A stretch of 64,000 nucleotides of DNA from Nitrososphaeria archaeon (GCA_049976505.1 JBMFIC010000002.1:21765-85764); one strand, 5' to 3'. Numbered from the stretch's first letter, positions 9,647-18,583 are shown. Numbers and translations are program-made. The notes: generated by a model from the sequence alone, not told the origin.

Positions 9647-10047
9647 TGACTACCACCTAGGAACTCCTTGAGCCTAGCAACGGTTCTGATCTCGCCGCCC
9701 TTAACCTTTCTGTATGCCTCCCAGTAAAGCTCACGGGGTATCTGCGATTTAACCGATTTCAGATAATTTCTCAGGGCCCTCACCTGTTTAACCCACCTCT
9801 CCTTTTTGCCGGTTCTGGCGGTTTTCTTTCCCTTTCTGCTTCCTGGTCCCCTTTTTCTCTTTTCCTTCTTGGTCTTCTGTCCCTTTATCTGCTCAATCTT
9901 AATAGCTCCCTGATCGATAAGAGACCTGATGTCATCCTTCGTAACAGCGTCCTCAATGTCCTGAAGCCTCTCCGGATCGAACTTGATCCTGTCCTTTCCA
10001 ACTCCCAACATCCTGCTTATCAGCTCCTTCTTGTTCCTTAGGTTCAT
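9643..10047 (-). CDS. rpl19e: ribosomal protein eL19
   Basis: MNLRNKKELISRMLGVGKDRIKFDP plus a basic KKEKRKRGPGSRKGKK tract. Confidence 0.9.
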   Translation of the reverse strand: MNLRNKKELISRMLGVGKDRIKFDPERLQDIEDAVTKDDIRSLIDQGAIKIEQIKGQKTKKEKRKRGPGSRKGKKTARTGKKERWVKQVRALRNYLKSVKSQIPRELYWEAYRKVKGGEIRTVARLKEFLGGSQ

Positions 10048-10427
10048 TTCTCAGCTACCACCCCAGATGGAGCGTTAAGAACCCTAAGCCCCTTCTTCCT
10101 TGCCTCATTAAGTATTGCGAGCTTCTTTCTAAGGCCAAGCCTTCCAGATAGCCTTACAGCGTGCTTGGAAGGATCAAGATTTTCGAGCTCCTTAACGCTC
10201 GTGACAAGTACTTCTTGTAGCCCAGATGGATGTAGCCCTCTTACCTTTTTGGACTTTCTGTAGCCTATCTTGACTATTGGAGGCCATCCACGCAGCTGCA
10301 GCCTCATCTTGTTGTCGATTCCCTTTGGTTTCCTCCAGTTCTCCTTGATCCTCTTGTATCTCCAGCTCTCTCCTCTTCTGAACTCAGGAATCTTCTTTTC
10401 AGGATCTTTCATAGATATACACCCCAT
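10044..10427 (-). CDS. rpl32e: ribosomal protein eL32
   Basis: PEFRRGESWRYKRIKENWRKPKGIDNKMR signature. A second in-frame ATG at 10412 is an alternative start. Confidence 0.9.
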   Translation of the reverse strand: MGCISMKDPEKKIPEFRRGESWRYKRIKENWRKPKGIDNKMRLQLRGWPPIVKIGYRKSKKVRGLHPSGLQEVLVTSVKELENLDPSKHAVRLSGRLGLRKKLAILNEARKKGLRVLNAPSGVVAEK

Positions 10428-10950
10428 CTAGGAAAACCCTCGGATCCTTGTACTTTATTCTCGTCGCGTTCTCTATGTTCCCTGCGGTCTGCCCTACCGC
10501 CTCCTTGCATGGTCCCTCAACTATAACGTCTTCTCCCTGCACCGTCACTTTCGTGTTGGATCCCACTATCTTTGCAAACCTCGGATATCTTTCGCCGATG
10601 AAGTTTTCAATCCTGACTTGGCCTTTTTCGACCTTTATCTGAATTGGAAAGTGCGAATAGACTATCTTCAGCTTATACGTGTATCCTTTCTGAACGCCCT
10701 CTATGAGGTTCTTTATGTGCTTTACAACCGCCCTTGCGACCGCGTAGTAGTCCCTCCTCTTCTTTATGCTTGACACAATGATCTTGTTTCCATCAACCTT
10801 TATGTCAACCTTCATCTTAGAAAAGTCCTTCTCGCACTCACCCTTGGATCCCTTTACTTTAAGCTTCTTGCCCTCAAGGGTCACAATAACCCCCTCAGGT
10901 ATTTCAATCTCCTCTGAGTAGAGCTTCTGCGTCATCGTCTCAGTAGACAT
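10399..10950 (-). CDS. rpl6: ribosomal protein uL6
   Basis: Two L6 repeats (IEIPEGVIVTLEGKKLKVKGSKG...). I placed the start at ATG 10950. The 14 upstream codons overlap rps8, and ATG 10935 is also possible. Confidence 0.9.
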   Translation of the reverse strand: MSTETMTQKLYSEEIEIPEGVIVTLEGKKLKVKGSKGECEKDFSKMKVDIKVDGNKIIVSSIKKRRDYYAVARAVVKHIKNLIEGVQKGYTYKLKIVYSHFPIQIKVEKGQVRIENFIGERYPRFAKIVGSNTKVTVQGEDVIVEGPCKEAVGQTAGNIENATRIKYKDPRVFLDGVYIYERS

Positions 10951-11332
10951 ATCCCAACAGCCTCCCTCCAATCTTCTTCTCCTGAGCCTCAACGTGGCTC
11001 ATTATGCCCTTATCCGTCGAAAGTATCAGAATGCCAACGCCAACGGCCGGCAAGTACTTTCTTTCCCACTGGCCTATTTCCTTCCACCCAACAGGAAACC
11101 TGGGCTTTATGACGCCGGCCTTATTTATCCTGCCTAAAAGCTGAATTTTGAGCTTCGGAAGTATCCTGTCATCTATAAGCTCAAACTCACCTATATAACC
11201 GTACTTCTGCATGATCCTCAGCGTTTCCATCAGCAACTTGGAAGCTGGCATAACGTAGCACTCCCTTTTGTTTCTCTTCTCGTTCTCCATTATCGTGTTA
11301 AAGAGGTTTGCGAGGAGATCCTGCGCAGGCAT
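10940..11332 (-). CDS. rps8: ribosomal protein uS8
   Basis: MPAQDLLANLFNTIMENEKRNKRECYVMPASKL is a typical S8 N-terminus. ATG 11332 is preferred over GTG 11341. Confidence 0.9.
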   Translation of the reverse strand: MPAQDLLANLFNTIMENEKRNKRECYVMPASKLLMETLRIMQKYGYIGEFELIDDRILPKLKIQLLGRINKAGVIKPRFPVGWKEIGQWERKYLPAVGVGILILSTDKGIMSHVEAQEKKIGGRLLGYVY

Positions 11333-11341
11333 AGCCAACAC

Positions 11342-11521
11342 CTAATTGTACTTCTTAAAGCCCAAAGTGGGCGCAACCTCTCTAAAGCACTGCCTACAGA
11401 GCATAAGACCGTATTTCTGGATCACTGGGCCGTACTGACCGCACCTGATACAGGCTCTGGCTCCCTTTCCGAACCTCCTTGGCTTTCCGCTTCTCATCTT
11501 TCCGAATATGTACTTGCCCAT
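11342..11521 (-). CDS. rps14: ribosomal protein uS14 (zinc-ribbon type, 59 aa)
   Basis: Not in the ORF track because it is under 60 aa. My hand translation is [59 protein letters not shown], which has the CxxC...CxxC motif. Its ATG overlaps the rpl5 stop (TAATG). Confidence 0.85.
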   Translation of the reverse strand: MGKYIFGKMRSGKPRRFGKGARACIRCGQYGPVIQKYGLMLCRQCFREVAPTLGFKKYN

Positions 11522-12054
11522 TACACCAGATTCACCCCTATGCTCCTATAAAACTGTATTGCTTCTTCCCTAGAAATCCGGTGCTCCTTCCCTATCTTGG
11601 ATCTCAACCTCTTTCTCCTCTGGACCCTGTAGCCAGGCCTTGCCAGGCTGACTATCACGTCCATTCCAAAGATTCCTATCTCGGGGTTGTACTTCATTCC
11701 GGGTATATCTATATGCTCTTTAATGCCAAAGGCAAGGTTTCCAAACTTGTCCACCGAGCTCAGAGGAACAGTGTTCCCTCTAGCAGCCAGAACCTTCTGC
11801 AACACCTCTATTGCTTTCTTTTTTCTAAGGGTTACCATAGCTGCTATCTTTTCACCCCTGTGTATGCCGAAGTCCCTGATAGTCTTCTTGGCCTTTCTCT
11901 CGCTCGGGGTCTGACCGGATAGCTCCTCAAGAACCTTCTTTGCCTTCTCCAGCTTCTCTCCTGATTCGCCCACGGCTATATGCAGTATGACTTTATCTAT
12001 GAAGATCCTCTTCATTGGATTTTCCTGTTTGGTCTGTTGACCCTCCGCCATCAT
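11521..12054 (-). CDS. rpl5: ribosomal protein uL5
   Basis: [24 protein letters not shown]... and operon position. Confidence 0.9.
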   Translation of the reverse strand: MMAEGQQTKQENPMKRIFIDKVILHIAVGESGEKLEKAKKVLEELSGQTPSERKAKKTIRDFGIHRGEKIAAMVTLRKKKAIEVLQKVLAARGNTVPLSSVDKFGNLAFGIKEHIDIPGMKYNPEIGIFGMDVIVSLARPGYRVQRRKRLRSKIGKEHRISREEAIQFYRSIGVNLV

Positions 12055-12779
12055 TCTTCACCCACCACCGTTATTGCGGGCTTGTCCTTGCCCACAACTA
12101 TAACATAATCCTTCGGGACGGTAACGCTTTCGTTTCCCACGACCAGCTTAACCATGGCAATCCTTGAAAACGTGCTCGGTATGATCTCAGCTATTTTGCC
12201 AAGGACGCCAACTCTTCTCCCCCTGTATACGAGACCCAGGTTTCCTTCCTCTAATCTGAAGCTCGCCAAGACCTTCTTATCTGAAAGGTTCACAAGCAGC
12301 GAATCCCCTATCTTCAGCGACTCATCGTCAAGAAGGTAAACTGAGGAGTCGTGTCCTGTGTACTGGATCTTGCCTCCTTTTAGCTTAGTCTTCCTAATTA
12401 TCTTAACAATTTTCAGGTCCTTCTCCTGCTTCTGGATTTTAATCGGATGCAGCTCCCTGCCCTCAACGGGAACGAGCCTGTAATATATATCAGTGTCCCG
12501 TACGTTTATCACGTCAAATAGCCCTATGGGGTACTGATGATCCTTGACAACCTTTCCGTTGACCAGCAGCATTCCTGCCTTAATGCCCTTTTTTGCCTCC
12601 CATGCTGTCCTGGCGTATCCAAGTTTATCCCTTATTAACGTCACAGGATCATATGCTAAGTTCTTTGGGTTAGGCCCTGGATTAACGTTCGTCACAAAAA
12701 CGTATCTTTTCCTGGGAACGCCGTAAAACGTCGGCATTACTTCTCTCTTTCTTACGGTAGAACCGCCTTTCTTAGCCAA
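12051..12779 (-). CDS. rps4e: ribosomal protein eS4
   Basis: TTG start gives MAKKGG..., then PGPNPKNLAY and the KOW region. Confidence 0.9.
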   Translation of the reverse strand: MAKKGGSTVRKREVMPTFYGVPRKRYVFVTNVNPGPNPKNLAYDPVTLIRDKLGYARTAWEAKKGIKAGMLLVNGKVVKDHQYPIGLFDVINVRDTDIYYRLVPVEGRELHPIKIQKQEKDLKIVKIIRKTKLKGGKIQYTGHDSSVYLLDDESLKIGDSLLVNLSDKKVLASFRLEEGNLGLVYRGRRVGVLGKIAEIIPSTFSRIAMVKLVVGNESVTVPKDYVIVVGKDKPAITVVGEE

Positions 12780-13134
12780 CCTGCTTCACCACCTTACTTG
12801 CAAGCTCTTCAAGCATCTTTTTTCTGAGCTCATCCTCAAGATTCAGCTCAACAACTATAACCTTTGAAGGATGCACCTTTACGGGAACCTCCTGCCCGTT
12901 AACCTTCTTTCTCACAAGGCCCTCAATCGCTATTCTTCCAAGGCCAGGATATATATCTATAACCTTTCCCTGGACTCCCCTGAAGTCTCCTCTCACAACC
13001 TTAACAACGTCTCCCTTCCTAACCCTTATGGTCTTGATGCCGTACTTCTGCCTGAGCTCATCTGAGAGCCGTGCTCTCAGGGCCTTGTTCCTTTCAAACC
13101 AGCTCGCCTTTTTAAGTAGGTCCTTAAGCTTCAT
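12772..13134 (-). CDS. rpl24: ribosomal protein uL24
   Basis: KOW motif (IRVRKGDVVKVVRGDFRGVQGKV). ATG 13134 lies 5 nt after the rpl14 stop. Confidence 0.9.
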   Translation of the reverse strand: MKLKDLLKKASWFERNKALRARLSDELRQKYGIKTIRVRKGDVVKVVRGDFRGVQGKVIDIYPGLGRIAIEGLVRKKVNGQEVPVKVHPSKVIVVELNLEDELRKKMLEELASKVVKQVG

Positions 13135-13139
13135 ACAGG

Positions 13140-13574
13140 TCACACTATCATATAGGCTATGTTAGCAAGCCTGGGCCACTTCTCCGCGGCCTCCATGGCC
13201 ACGGGACCTCTCACCTCAGTTCCCTTAAGCTCTCCCTCTGGAGTTATAAGAACTGCGGCGTTATCCTCAAAGCTTATTCTTTCGCCATTAAGCCTCCTGA
13301 TGGGGTACTTCTGCCTGACGACCACCGCGTGAAATATCTGCTTCCTCACTTCAGGAGTTCCCACCTTGACGACCACGACTATCTCGTCGCCAACTGCGGC
13401 TGCTGGGATTCTCCGGAGCCTGCCCTTGTATCCAACAACCTGAATAACCTTCAGCTTCTTAGCCCCCGTATTGTCTGCACAGTTGATAACCGCCGGCACT
13501 GGTATGGCCCTCGTTATGTGTGGCCTGTACTCCTCTACGCCCTTTGCAGAGACAGCTCTAGTTTTTTCAGGCAC
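13140..13574 (-). CDS. rpl14: ribosomal protein uL14
   Basis: INCADNTGAKKLKVIQV signature. GTG start overlaps the rps17 stop. Confidence 0.9.
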   Translation of the reverse strand: MPEKTRAVSAKGVEEYRPHITRAIPVPAVINCADNTGAKKLKVIQVVGYKGRLRRIPAAAVGDEIVVVVKVGTPEVRKQIFHAVVVRQKYPIRRLNGERISFEDNAAVLITPEGELKGTEVRGPVAMEAAEKWPRLANIAYMIV

Positions 13575-13902
13575 CTGTCTTCACCTCTCCGAGAACCACG
13601 TGCGCTATGTTCTTGCCGAGAGGCCTTGTCTCAGCTATTGCTACCGTGCTGCCCTCCTTTATGCTTACGCACGGAGGCACCCTTGCATGGATCTTGCTCC
13701 TTCTTCTTTCATATCTCATGTACTTCTTCACGTAAAAGAAGTACTCGATCTTCACGACCGCTGCCTTTTTCATCTTGTAGCTCACTACCTTTCCTACCCT
13801 AACCTTCCCCCTGATCTTAAGATGCCCGTGATAGGGACAAAGCGGGTCATCGCACTTAGCAGTCGGCTGAGCAATCCTAAGGTTTATGCCCTGCAACATC
13901 AT
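13567..13902 (-). CDS. rps17: ribosomal protein uS17
   Basis: CDDPLCPYHGHLKIRGKV...VAIAETRPLGK. Confidence 0.9.
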   Translation of the reverse strand: MMLQGINLRIAQPTAKCDDPLCPYHGHLKIRGKVRVGKVVSYKMKKAAVVKIEYFFYVKKYMRYERRRSKIHARVPPCVSIKEGSTVAIAETRPLGKNIAHVVLGEVKTGA

Positions 13903-14102
13903 GGATCATACCTCTCCCAAGGTCTACCAACTAGCTTGTCTCCCAGATACTTTCCCTTATCATTAATAAACGTATTCCCTTTCTTTGGAACCTTCCTGAT
14001 GCCCTTCTCGGTGCTGATGTAAAGAAGGTTCTTGGTCTCGTAAACAACAGTGCCCTGGATCCCCATGCCCATCACCTTAACCCTTTTGCCCAGAAGCAGC
14101 AC
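13899..14102 (-). CDS. rnp1: RNase P protein component 1 (Rpp29/Pop4-like, short form)
   Basis: LLGKRVKV...GIQGTVVYETKN matches the Rpp29 Sm-like core. Sits at the conserved slot between rpl29 and rps17. GTG start overlaps rpl29. Confidence 0.7.
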   Translation of the reverse strand: MLLLGKRVKVMGMGIQGTVVYETKNLLYISTEKGIRKVPKKGNTFINDKGKYLGDKLVGRPWERYDP

Positions 14103-14292
14103 CAGTCATCCTCCTGTTCAGCTCTGTAAGAACTCTGGCTATGTTTCTTCTTACCGACTTGATGCTGCCTGATTCCTTTCCCAGCGTCCTCATCCGTCTC
14201 AGATTGTTCAACCGGAGGAGCTCCTTCCTGAGCTCCGTTAGGGTCTTCTCTAGCTCCTCATTGCTTAGCTTGCTCGCCTTTATTCTCTTCAT
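14077..14292 (-). CDS. rpl29: ribosomal protein uL29
   Basis: MKRIKASKLSNEELEKTLTELRKELLRL. ATG 14292 is preferred over GTG 14301. Confidence 0.9.
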   Translation of the reverse strand: MKRIKASKLSNEELEKTLTELRKELLRLNNLRRMRTLGKESGSIKSVRRNIARVLTELNRRMTGAASGQKG

Positions 14293-14887
14293 TAGCCTCA
14301 CCTTTCATCTTATAATCCTCAAGAAGAGGATTCTTATATGCTACCGTTACCTTTATGCCATACATTCCCATCTTCAGAAGCACGTGCTCCACTGCGCTTT
14401 TCGTGTATGCCTCACGTGGATATCCGCTCTTTGGAATTATTCCCATCCTGAACTTCTGAAATGACGCCCTTTCGCTTCTTATCTTCCCCTGCAGCTTTAT
14501 CTCGATTCCCAGAGCGCCCGCCTTCATCGCCTCGTTCATCAGGACCGTGGCCACTCTTCTGAAGTTAGCTCCCTTTTGATAGGCGTTTGCAAGCTTTAGC
14601 GCAATGGCCTTGGGATCTACTGCCGGGTTCTGAACCTCAAATGCATTGATCGATACGTCCTTCAGGCCGATCTCCTTTGAAATCTCCTCCATGAGGCTTC
14701 TTATGTTTGAGCCGTGTGAGCCTATAACGAGACCTGGCCTTAGAGCCAGGATGTTGAGCCTGGTTCCCAGTGGAGAGTTTTCAAGGTTCATTCCTACAAA
14801 GCCAGCCTGCTTCAGTTTCTTATCCAGATATTCATGAAGCATCATTTCATTCTTTCTGGCCTCTAAGATGTTCCTAATGGCAACCAT
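14258..14887 (-). CDS. rps3: ribosomal protein uS3
   Basis: KH domain (LVIGSHGSNIRSL) plus S3 C-terminal domain. Confidence 0.95.
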   Translation of the reverse strand: MVAIRNILEARKNEMMLHEYLDKKLKQAGFVGMNLENSPLGTRLNILALRPGLVIGSHGSNIRSLMEEISKEIGLKDVSINAFEVQNPAVDPKAIALKLANAYQKGANFRRVATVLMNEAMKAGALGIEIKLQGKIRSERASFQKFRMGIIPKSGYPREAYTKSAVEHVLLKMGMYGIKVTVAYKNPLLEDYKMKGEANEENKGEQAKQ

Positions 14888-15346
14888 TTACACCACCCTC
14901 GCAACAGCCTCTATATGAACGTACACCCGAGTCTTGGGTGATCTTCTTCCAAAAGCTCTCGGAACATATCTCACGAGCTTCCTCCCTGGATAGGCGGCAG
15001 CGTGAATGATCACAAGCCTGCTGACGTCAAAGCCCTTATAAAGGGCGTTTGCCTCAAGATTATCGAGAAGCTTCAAAAAGAGCTTTGCGGCCTTAACAGG
15101 AAATCTTCCTGCATAAAAGCCCGGTATATTATGATGGGCCACCTTTTTATGGTATCTTCTGTAAGGAATATATCTTTTTAACAGCACAACCTCCTCCAAC
15201 GCTTCTCTCGCTCTGTCGAAGCTCATGCCCTTGATATAGGCTGCTACCTCTCTCGCCTCCTTTGGGCTCACGTCTACCTCTCTAAGGCTACCTCTAACAT
15301 CTGATGCCTCATTATACTGAGTGAACGAATACCCAAACTCAGGCAT
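14888..15346 (-). CDS. rpl22: ribosomal protein uL22 (first gene of the cluster in this window)
   Basis: Typical archaeal L22 (VSPKEAREVAAYIKGMSFDRAREALEEV...). A 195-nt non-coding region lies upstream. Confidence 0.9.
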   Translation of the reverse strand: MPEFGYSFTQYNEASDVRGSLREVDVSPKEAREVAAYIKGMSFDRAREALEEVVLLKRYIPYRRYHKKVAHHNIPGFYAGRFPVKAAKLFLKLLDNLEANALYKGFDVSRLVIIHAAAYPGRKLVRYVPRAFGRRSPKTRVYVHIEAVARVV

Positions 15347-15370
15347 TTGCCTTCCATGTATTTACGCAAT

Positions 15371-15382
15371 TAATTTAAAAAC
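15371..15382 (-). promoter_or_regulatory. TATA-like box for the rpl22-led operon
   Basis: The complement reads GTTTTTAAATTA, 25-36 nt upstream of ATG 15346. Confidence 0.45.
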
Positions 15383-15503
15383 TTTCCCATACATCTTAGC
15401 ACGGCTAAATACTGCAGCTACATGAGATAGGAGGCAGATGGCTCATCGAACTAAAGCTGCTGCGTCGGATTATGTGTCTGGAGCAACATGTCCTTAAGAT
15501 AAA

Positions 15504-15520
15504 ATAACGCTTAAATTATA
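15504..15520 (+). promoter_or_regulatory. BRE/TATA-like tRNA promoter (ATAACGCTTAAATTATA)
   Basis: Ends 21 nt before tRNA position +1. The same ATAACGCTTA(A/T)AT core occurs at the same spacing before tRNA-Leu. Confidence 0.5.
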
Positions 15521-15540
15521 ACTGCAACATAGCAGAATAG

Positions 15541-15612
15541 GGGCCGGTAGTTCAGGGGTAGAACGCCCGCCTCGCACGCGGGAGGTCGGGGGTTCGAGTC
15601 CCCCCCGGTCCA
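15541..15612 (+). tRNA. tRNA-Ala (anticodon CGC)
   Basis: Hand-folded cloverleaf. The acceptor GGGCCGG/CCGGTCC contains the G3:U70 Ala identity pair. Anticodon loop CTCGCAC, T-arm GGGGG-TTCGAGT-CCCCC, discriminator A, no encoded CCA. Confidence 0.9.
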
Positions 15613-15640
15613 TATGCAAAATTAAAATAACTATTAGAAC

Positions 15641-16354
15641 ATGACATCAATCAAGTTGGAAAACGATGAGATATACAAGCTCGTTGGCCGAATAGTTCTT
15701 TCGGATAACCCAGGAACCCTTCTCAGAACTCTGAGAAACAACCTGAACCTTAAGCAGAAGGAGCTTGCAGAGCTCATGGGGGTTTCGCCTCCAGTAATAT
15801 CTGATTATGAGAAGGGCAGACGAAGAAAGGCCGGCGCCCGCTTTATCAAAAAGTATCTAGACGCGCTCATAAAGCTCAAGGGCGTTGACGCCGTGGTTCT
15901 GTCATTCTATCAGGGGGATAACAACACAGAGGGGAGCGGAATTCTCGAAATAAAGGACTACAGGAAGCCTCTGAAGGTCGGGGAGTTTGTTGAAGGAATA
16001 GGAGCTCGGGTTCTATCCGGGGAAAACATGCTTGAGCATCACCTATTTGGACACACGATACTTGACAGCATCAAGGCGATCATAGCGCTCAAGGGCGAGC
16101 AGTTCTACCGGATATTTGGGAAGTCCTCGGAAAGGGCCCTGATCTTCACCAAGGTAGGGATAGGAAGAAGCCCCATGGTCGCCGTAAGGATCTCTCCCCT
16201 AAAGCCGAGGCTCGTTGTAGTTCACGGGACTTCAAGCGTGGAGCCACTGGCGGTGGAAATGGCAAGGGTTGAAAACGTGATGCTTGCTATAGCCCCTCAG
16301 ATTGATATACAGGATCTGATAAGTAAAATAAGGGAGGTCACCAGAGATGTATGA
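15641..16354 (+). CDS. XRE-family HTH transcriptional regulator with an archaeal C-terminal domain
   Basis: HTH region LRNNLNLKQKELAELMGVSPPVISDYEKGRR, followed by a domain of about 150 aa. Confidence 0.65.
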   Translation: MTSIKLENDEIYKLVGRIVLSDNPGTLLRTLRNNLNLKQKELAELMGVSPPVISDYEKGRRRKAGARFIKKYLDALIKLKGVDAVVLSFYQGDNNTEGSGILEIKDYRKPLKVGEFVEGIGARVLSGENMLEHHLFGHTILDSIKAIIALKGEQFYRIFGKSSERALIFTKVGIGRSPMVAVRISPLKPRLVVVHGTSSVEPLAVEMARVENVMLAIAPQIDIQDLISKIREVTRDV

Positions 16355-17237
16355 GAAGTACACCGAGGCCGGAAGGATAGCAGGAGAGGCTCTTAAGAGG
16401 GCGGTCGAGATAGTTCATGAGGAAAGGATGGTTCTGGATATATGTGAAGAGCTCGAGGATTTTATAATCAAAAGGGGAGCAAGACCGGCCTTTCCAGTGA
16501 ATATATCACAGAACGAGGAGGCCGCCCATTACACCGCCAGATATGACGATGACAGAAGGATCAAGAAAGGCTCTCTAGTTAAAGTTGATCTAGGCGTTCA
16601 CGTTGATGGCTACATCGCTGATGCGGCAATTACGCTTTCCTTTTCAGGCATATACACCAGCATGGTTCGCGCAAACTATGAAGCTCTGGAGAGGGCTTTA
16701 TCGATAATAAAGGATGGCCTTGAGTTTTATGAGTTCGGATCGTATGTTGAAAAGCTGGCAAAGGGGTATGGATTTAAGCCCATTGAAAACCTGATGGGCC
16801 ACAGGTTGGACAGATACGTGCTACATACTGGCGACTCCGTGCCCATGATAGGCTCACCCGTTAAGGGTAGGTTCAGAAGCCAGAACGCATACGCGATAGA
16901 GCCATTCTTTGTAGAGATGGACGCTATGGGGTTCGTCATAGATGGCCAACACAGCAACATCTACAGGCTCGTTGCTCCAAGAAAGGTCAAGGACGAGAGC
17001 GCATCACAGCTTGTTGATTACATCTGGAAAACTTACAGGACACTTCCATTCGCATCAAGGTGGATAATAAAGGAGTTCGGGCCGAGCAGCGTCACGGCCT
17101 TGGAAAGGCTTGTTAAGGAAAACCTCCTGGAGGAATATTATACGCTGGTGGAGGCCGGCGGAGCTCCGGTTGCCCAGTTCGAGCACACTGTATATGTAGA
17201 TAGGGACAAAGTTACAGTAACCACAAGGATTCCCTGA
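16347..17237 (+). CDS. map: methionine aminopeptidase, type 2
   Basis: Pita-bread fold motifs (AHYTARYDD...VKVDLGVHVDGYIADAA...GHRLDRYVLH...FEHTV). 8-nt overlap with the upstream gene. Confidence 0.9.
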   Translation: MYEKYTEAGRIAGEALKRAVEIVHEERMVLDICEELEDFIIKRGARPAFPVNISQNEEAAHYTARYDDDRRIKKGSLVKVDLGVHVDGYIADAAITLSFSGIYTSMVRANYEALERALSIIKDGLEFYEFGSYVEKLAKGYGFKPIENLMGHRLDRYVLHTGDSVPMIGSPVKGRFRSQNAYAIEPFFVEMDAMGFVIDGQHSNIYRLVAPRKVKDESASQLVDYIWKTYRTLPFASRWIIKEFGPSSVTALERLVKENLLEEYYTLVEAGGAPVAQFEHTVYVDRDKVTVTTRIP

Positions 17238-17286
17238 TCGACGCCGTTCCACGGCTTGCAATTTTATAGGCCGAACTTAAAATAGA

Positions 17287-17302
17287 ATAACGCTTATATT
17301 TT
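17287..17302 (+). promoter_or_regulatory. BRE/TATA-like tRNA promoter (ATAACGCTTATATTTT)
   Basis: Ends 21 nt before tRNA-Leu +1. Shares its core with the tRNA-Ala(CGC) promoter. Confidence 0.5.
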
Positions 17303-17322
17303 CATGCAGCTTAGAAATAGCT

Positions 17323-17407
17323 GCGGGGGTCGCCTAGCCTGGTCAATGGCGCTGCCCTGAGGCGGCAGTCCCGCTGGGGTGCGTGGGTTCAAATCCCACC
17401 CCCCGCA
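17323..17407 (+). tRNA. tRNA-Leu (anticodon GAG)
   Basis: 85 nt. Acceptor GCGGGGG/CCCCCGC, anticodon stem-loop CTGCC-CTGAGGC-GGCAG, long variable arm, T-arm GTGGG-TTCAAAT-CCCAC. Confidence 0.9.
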
Positions 17408-17412
17408 TACCT

Positions 17413-17733
17413 TTAAAAGTCCTCAAGCAGGGAGCTGTACTTCTGCTCTATTATGATTATTAGAACCTCGTTCGTGGAGAGCTCCTTCTTATCTCCTCTC
17501 GTTCTTATTTTCTCTGTGAGCGTATCAAAAATGTACTCACCTGCTGGAAACCTTCCCTCAGTATCCTTATAATAGTGAATTCCTATGCCCTCATAAAACG
17601 GATGAATCATGTACAGATAGTCTTTGTATCTGTAGACAGCAAGGGCTGGCGTTCTGCCAAGGAAACTTGAAACCGCTAGAAAGTCCTTCAGGAGGTCCTC
17701 GAAGGAATTGAACTCAAACCTGTAAGTATCCAT
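17413..17733 (-). CDS. hypothetical protein (106 aa)
   Basis: ATG-initiated ORF with core-like composition and its own AT-rich upstream region. I recognise no motif. Confidence 0.4.
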   Translation of the reverse strand: MDTYRFEFNSFEDLLKDFLAVSSFLGRTPALAVYRYKDYLYMIHPFYEGIGIHYYKDTEGRFPAGEYIFDTLTEKIRTRGDKKELSTNEVLIIIIEQKYSSLLEDF

Positions 17734-17788
17734 GATTAACTGTTTGCATATAATCGCTTATAAATTTTGGCAACAAAGCGGTTTCAGC

Positions 17789-18583
17789 TTACAGATTGAG
17801 CATCTTCTGGATCTGAGAGGATGAGGACCTGAGCCTAACGAGGCTCAGGTACTCCCCCTTGAATATCTCTATCCTCTCGTTGGGCATCACTTCATACCTC
17901 AGCTGACCATCAGCTATAACGTACGTATGCAGGTTGCTGACGACGTGGATCTCCTTGGGCCTGACGATTATAGGGGGCAGGGGCCTGAGAGGAAGCACTG
18001 GGTTTATTATAATGGTCTCCAGCTCCTGATCCACTATAGGCCCTCCATTAGAGAAGTTGTATCCGGTTGATCCGGACGGAGTTGAGATTATAAGCCCATC
18101 CATCCTCTCTCTGAGCTCGAAGATGCCCTCGGCCCTTACGTCGAAGTAGGGAGTCTGATTAAAATTGGCTCTTTGAATGTAAAACTCGTTCAGTACGTTC
18201 ACGGTCTCAACGTCTGAGATCCTCGCCCTCAGCCTCAACCTCTTCTCAATGATGTACTTCTTCGAGAGGTACCCTTCGATGAACTCGTTCAGGGAGTCCT
18301 TGTCGATCTGCGCCAGAACTCCCCTTCCGCCCATGTTTATACCTATCACTTCAACGTGCTCGGGAAGAAACCTGGAGAGGCCTAGGAGAGTTCCGTCTCC
18401 CCCAATAGTTATCGCTGTCGAAATGCCCTCATCCTCTATAACTTTATAGGAATCAATCTTAATCGTGTATGGAAGTTCCCTCAAGCTGTAAAGCTCAAAG
18501 TGCTCGCTGAGCCTTGCAATGATGTTCTCAACTTCCGTATCAGAGAGGGAGTCCTTAACCGCCAATATTGCCTTTATTTTCAC
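17789..18583 (-). CDS. nadK: NAD kinase
   Basis: GGDGTLL motif plus the C-terminal NAD-kinase region (IISTPSGSTGYNFSNGGPIV). Confidence 0.9.
   Translation of the reverse strand: MKIKAILAVKDSLSDTEVENIIARLSEHFELYSLRELPYTIKIDSYKVIEDEGISTAITIGGDGTLLGLSRFLPEHVEVIGINMGGRGVLAQIDKDSLNEFIEGYLSKKYIIEKRLRLRARISDVETVNVLNEFYIQRANFNQTPYFDVRAEGIFELRERMDGLIISTPSGSTGYNFSNGGPIVDQELETIIINPVLPLRPLPPIIVRPKEIHVVSNLHTYVIADGQLRYEVMPNERIEIFKGEYLSLVRLRSSSSQIQKMLNL

Noticed and set aside
11479-14022. Several + strand ORFs of 60-183 aa inside the ribosomal-protein operon (11479-11922, 13329-13802, 13471-14022 and others).
   Set aside because: All are antisense to highly conserved r-protein genes. Their translations are Ser/Leu/Pro-rich and low in complexity. 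They are typical shadow ORFs.
15347-15503. Possible C/D-like motif (GAUGAG on the - strand) in the rpl22/tRNA-Ala spacer.
   Set aside because: There is no D box at a suitable distance, no terminal stem and no recognisable guide.
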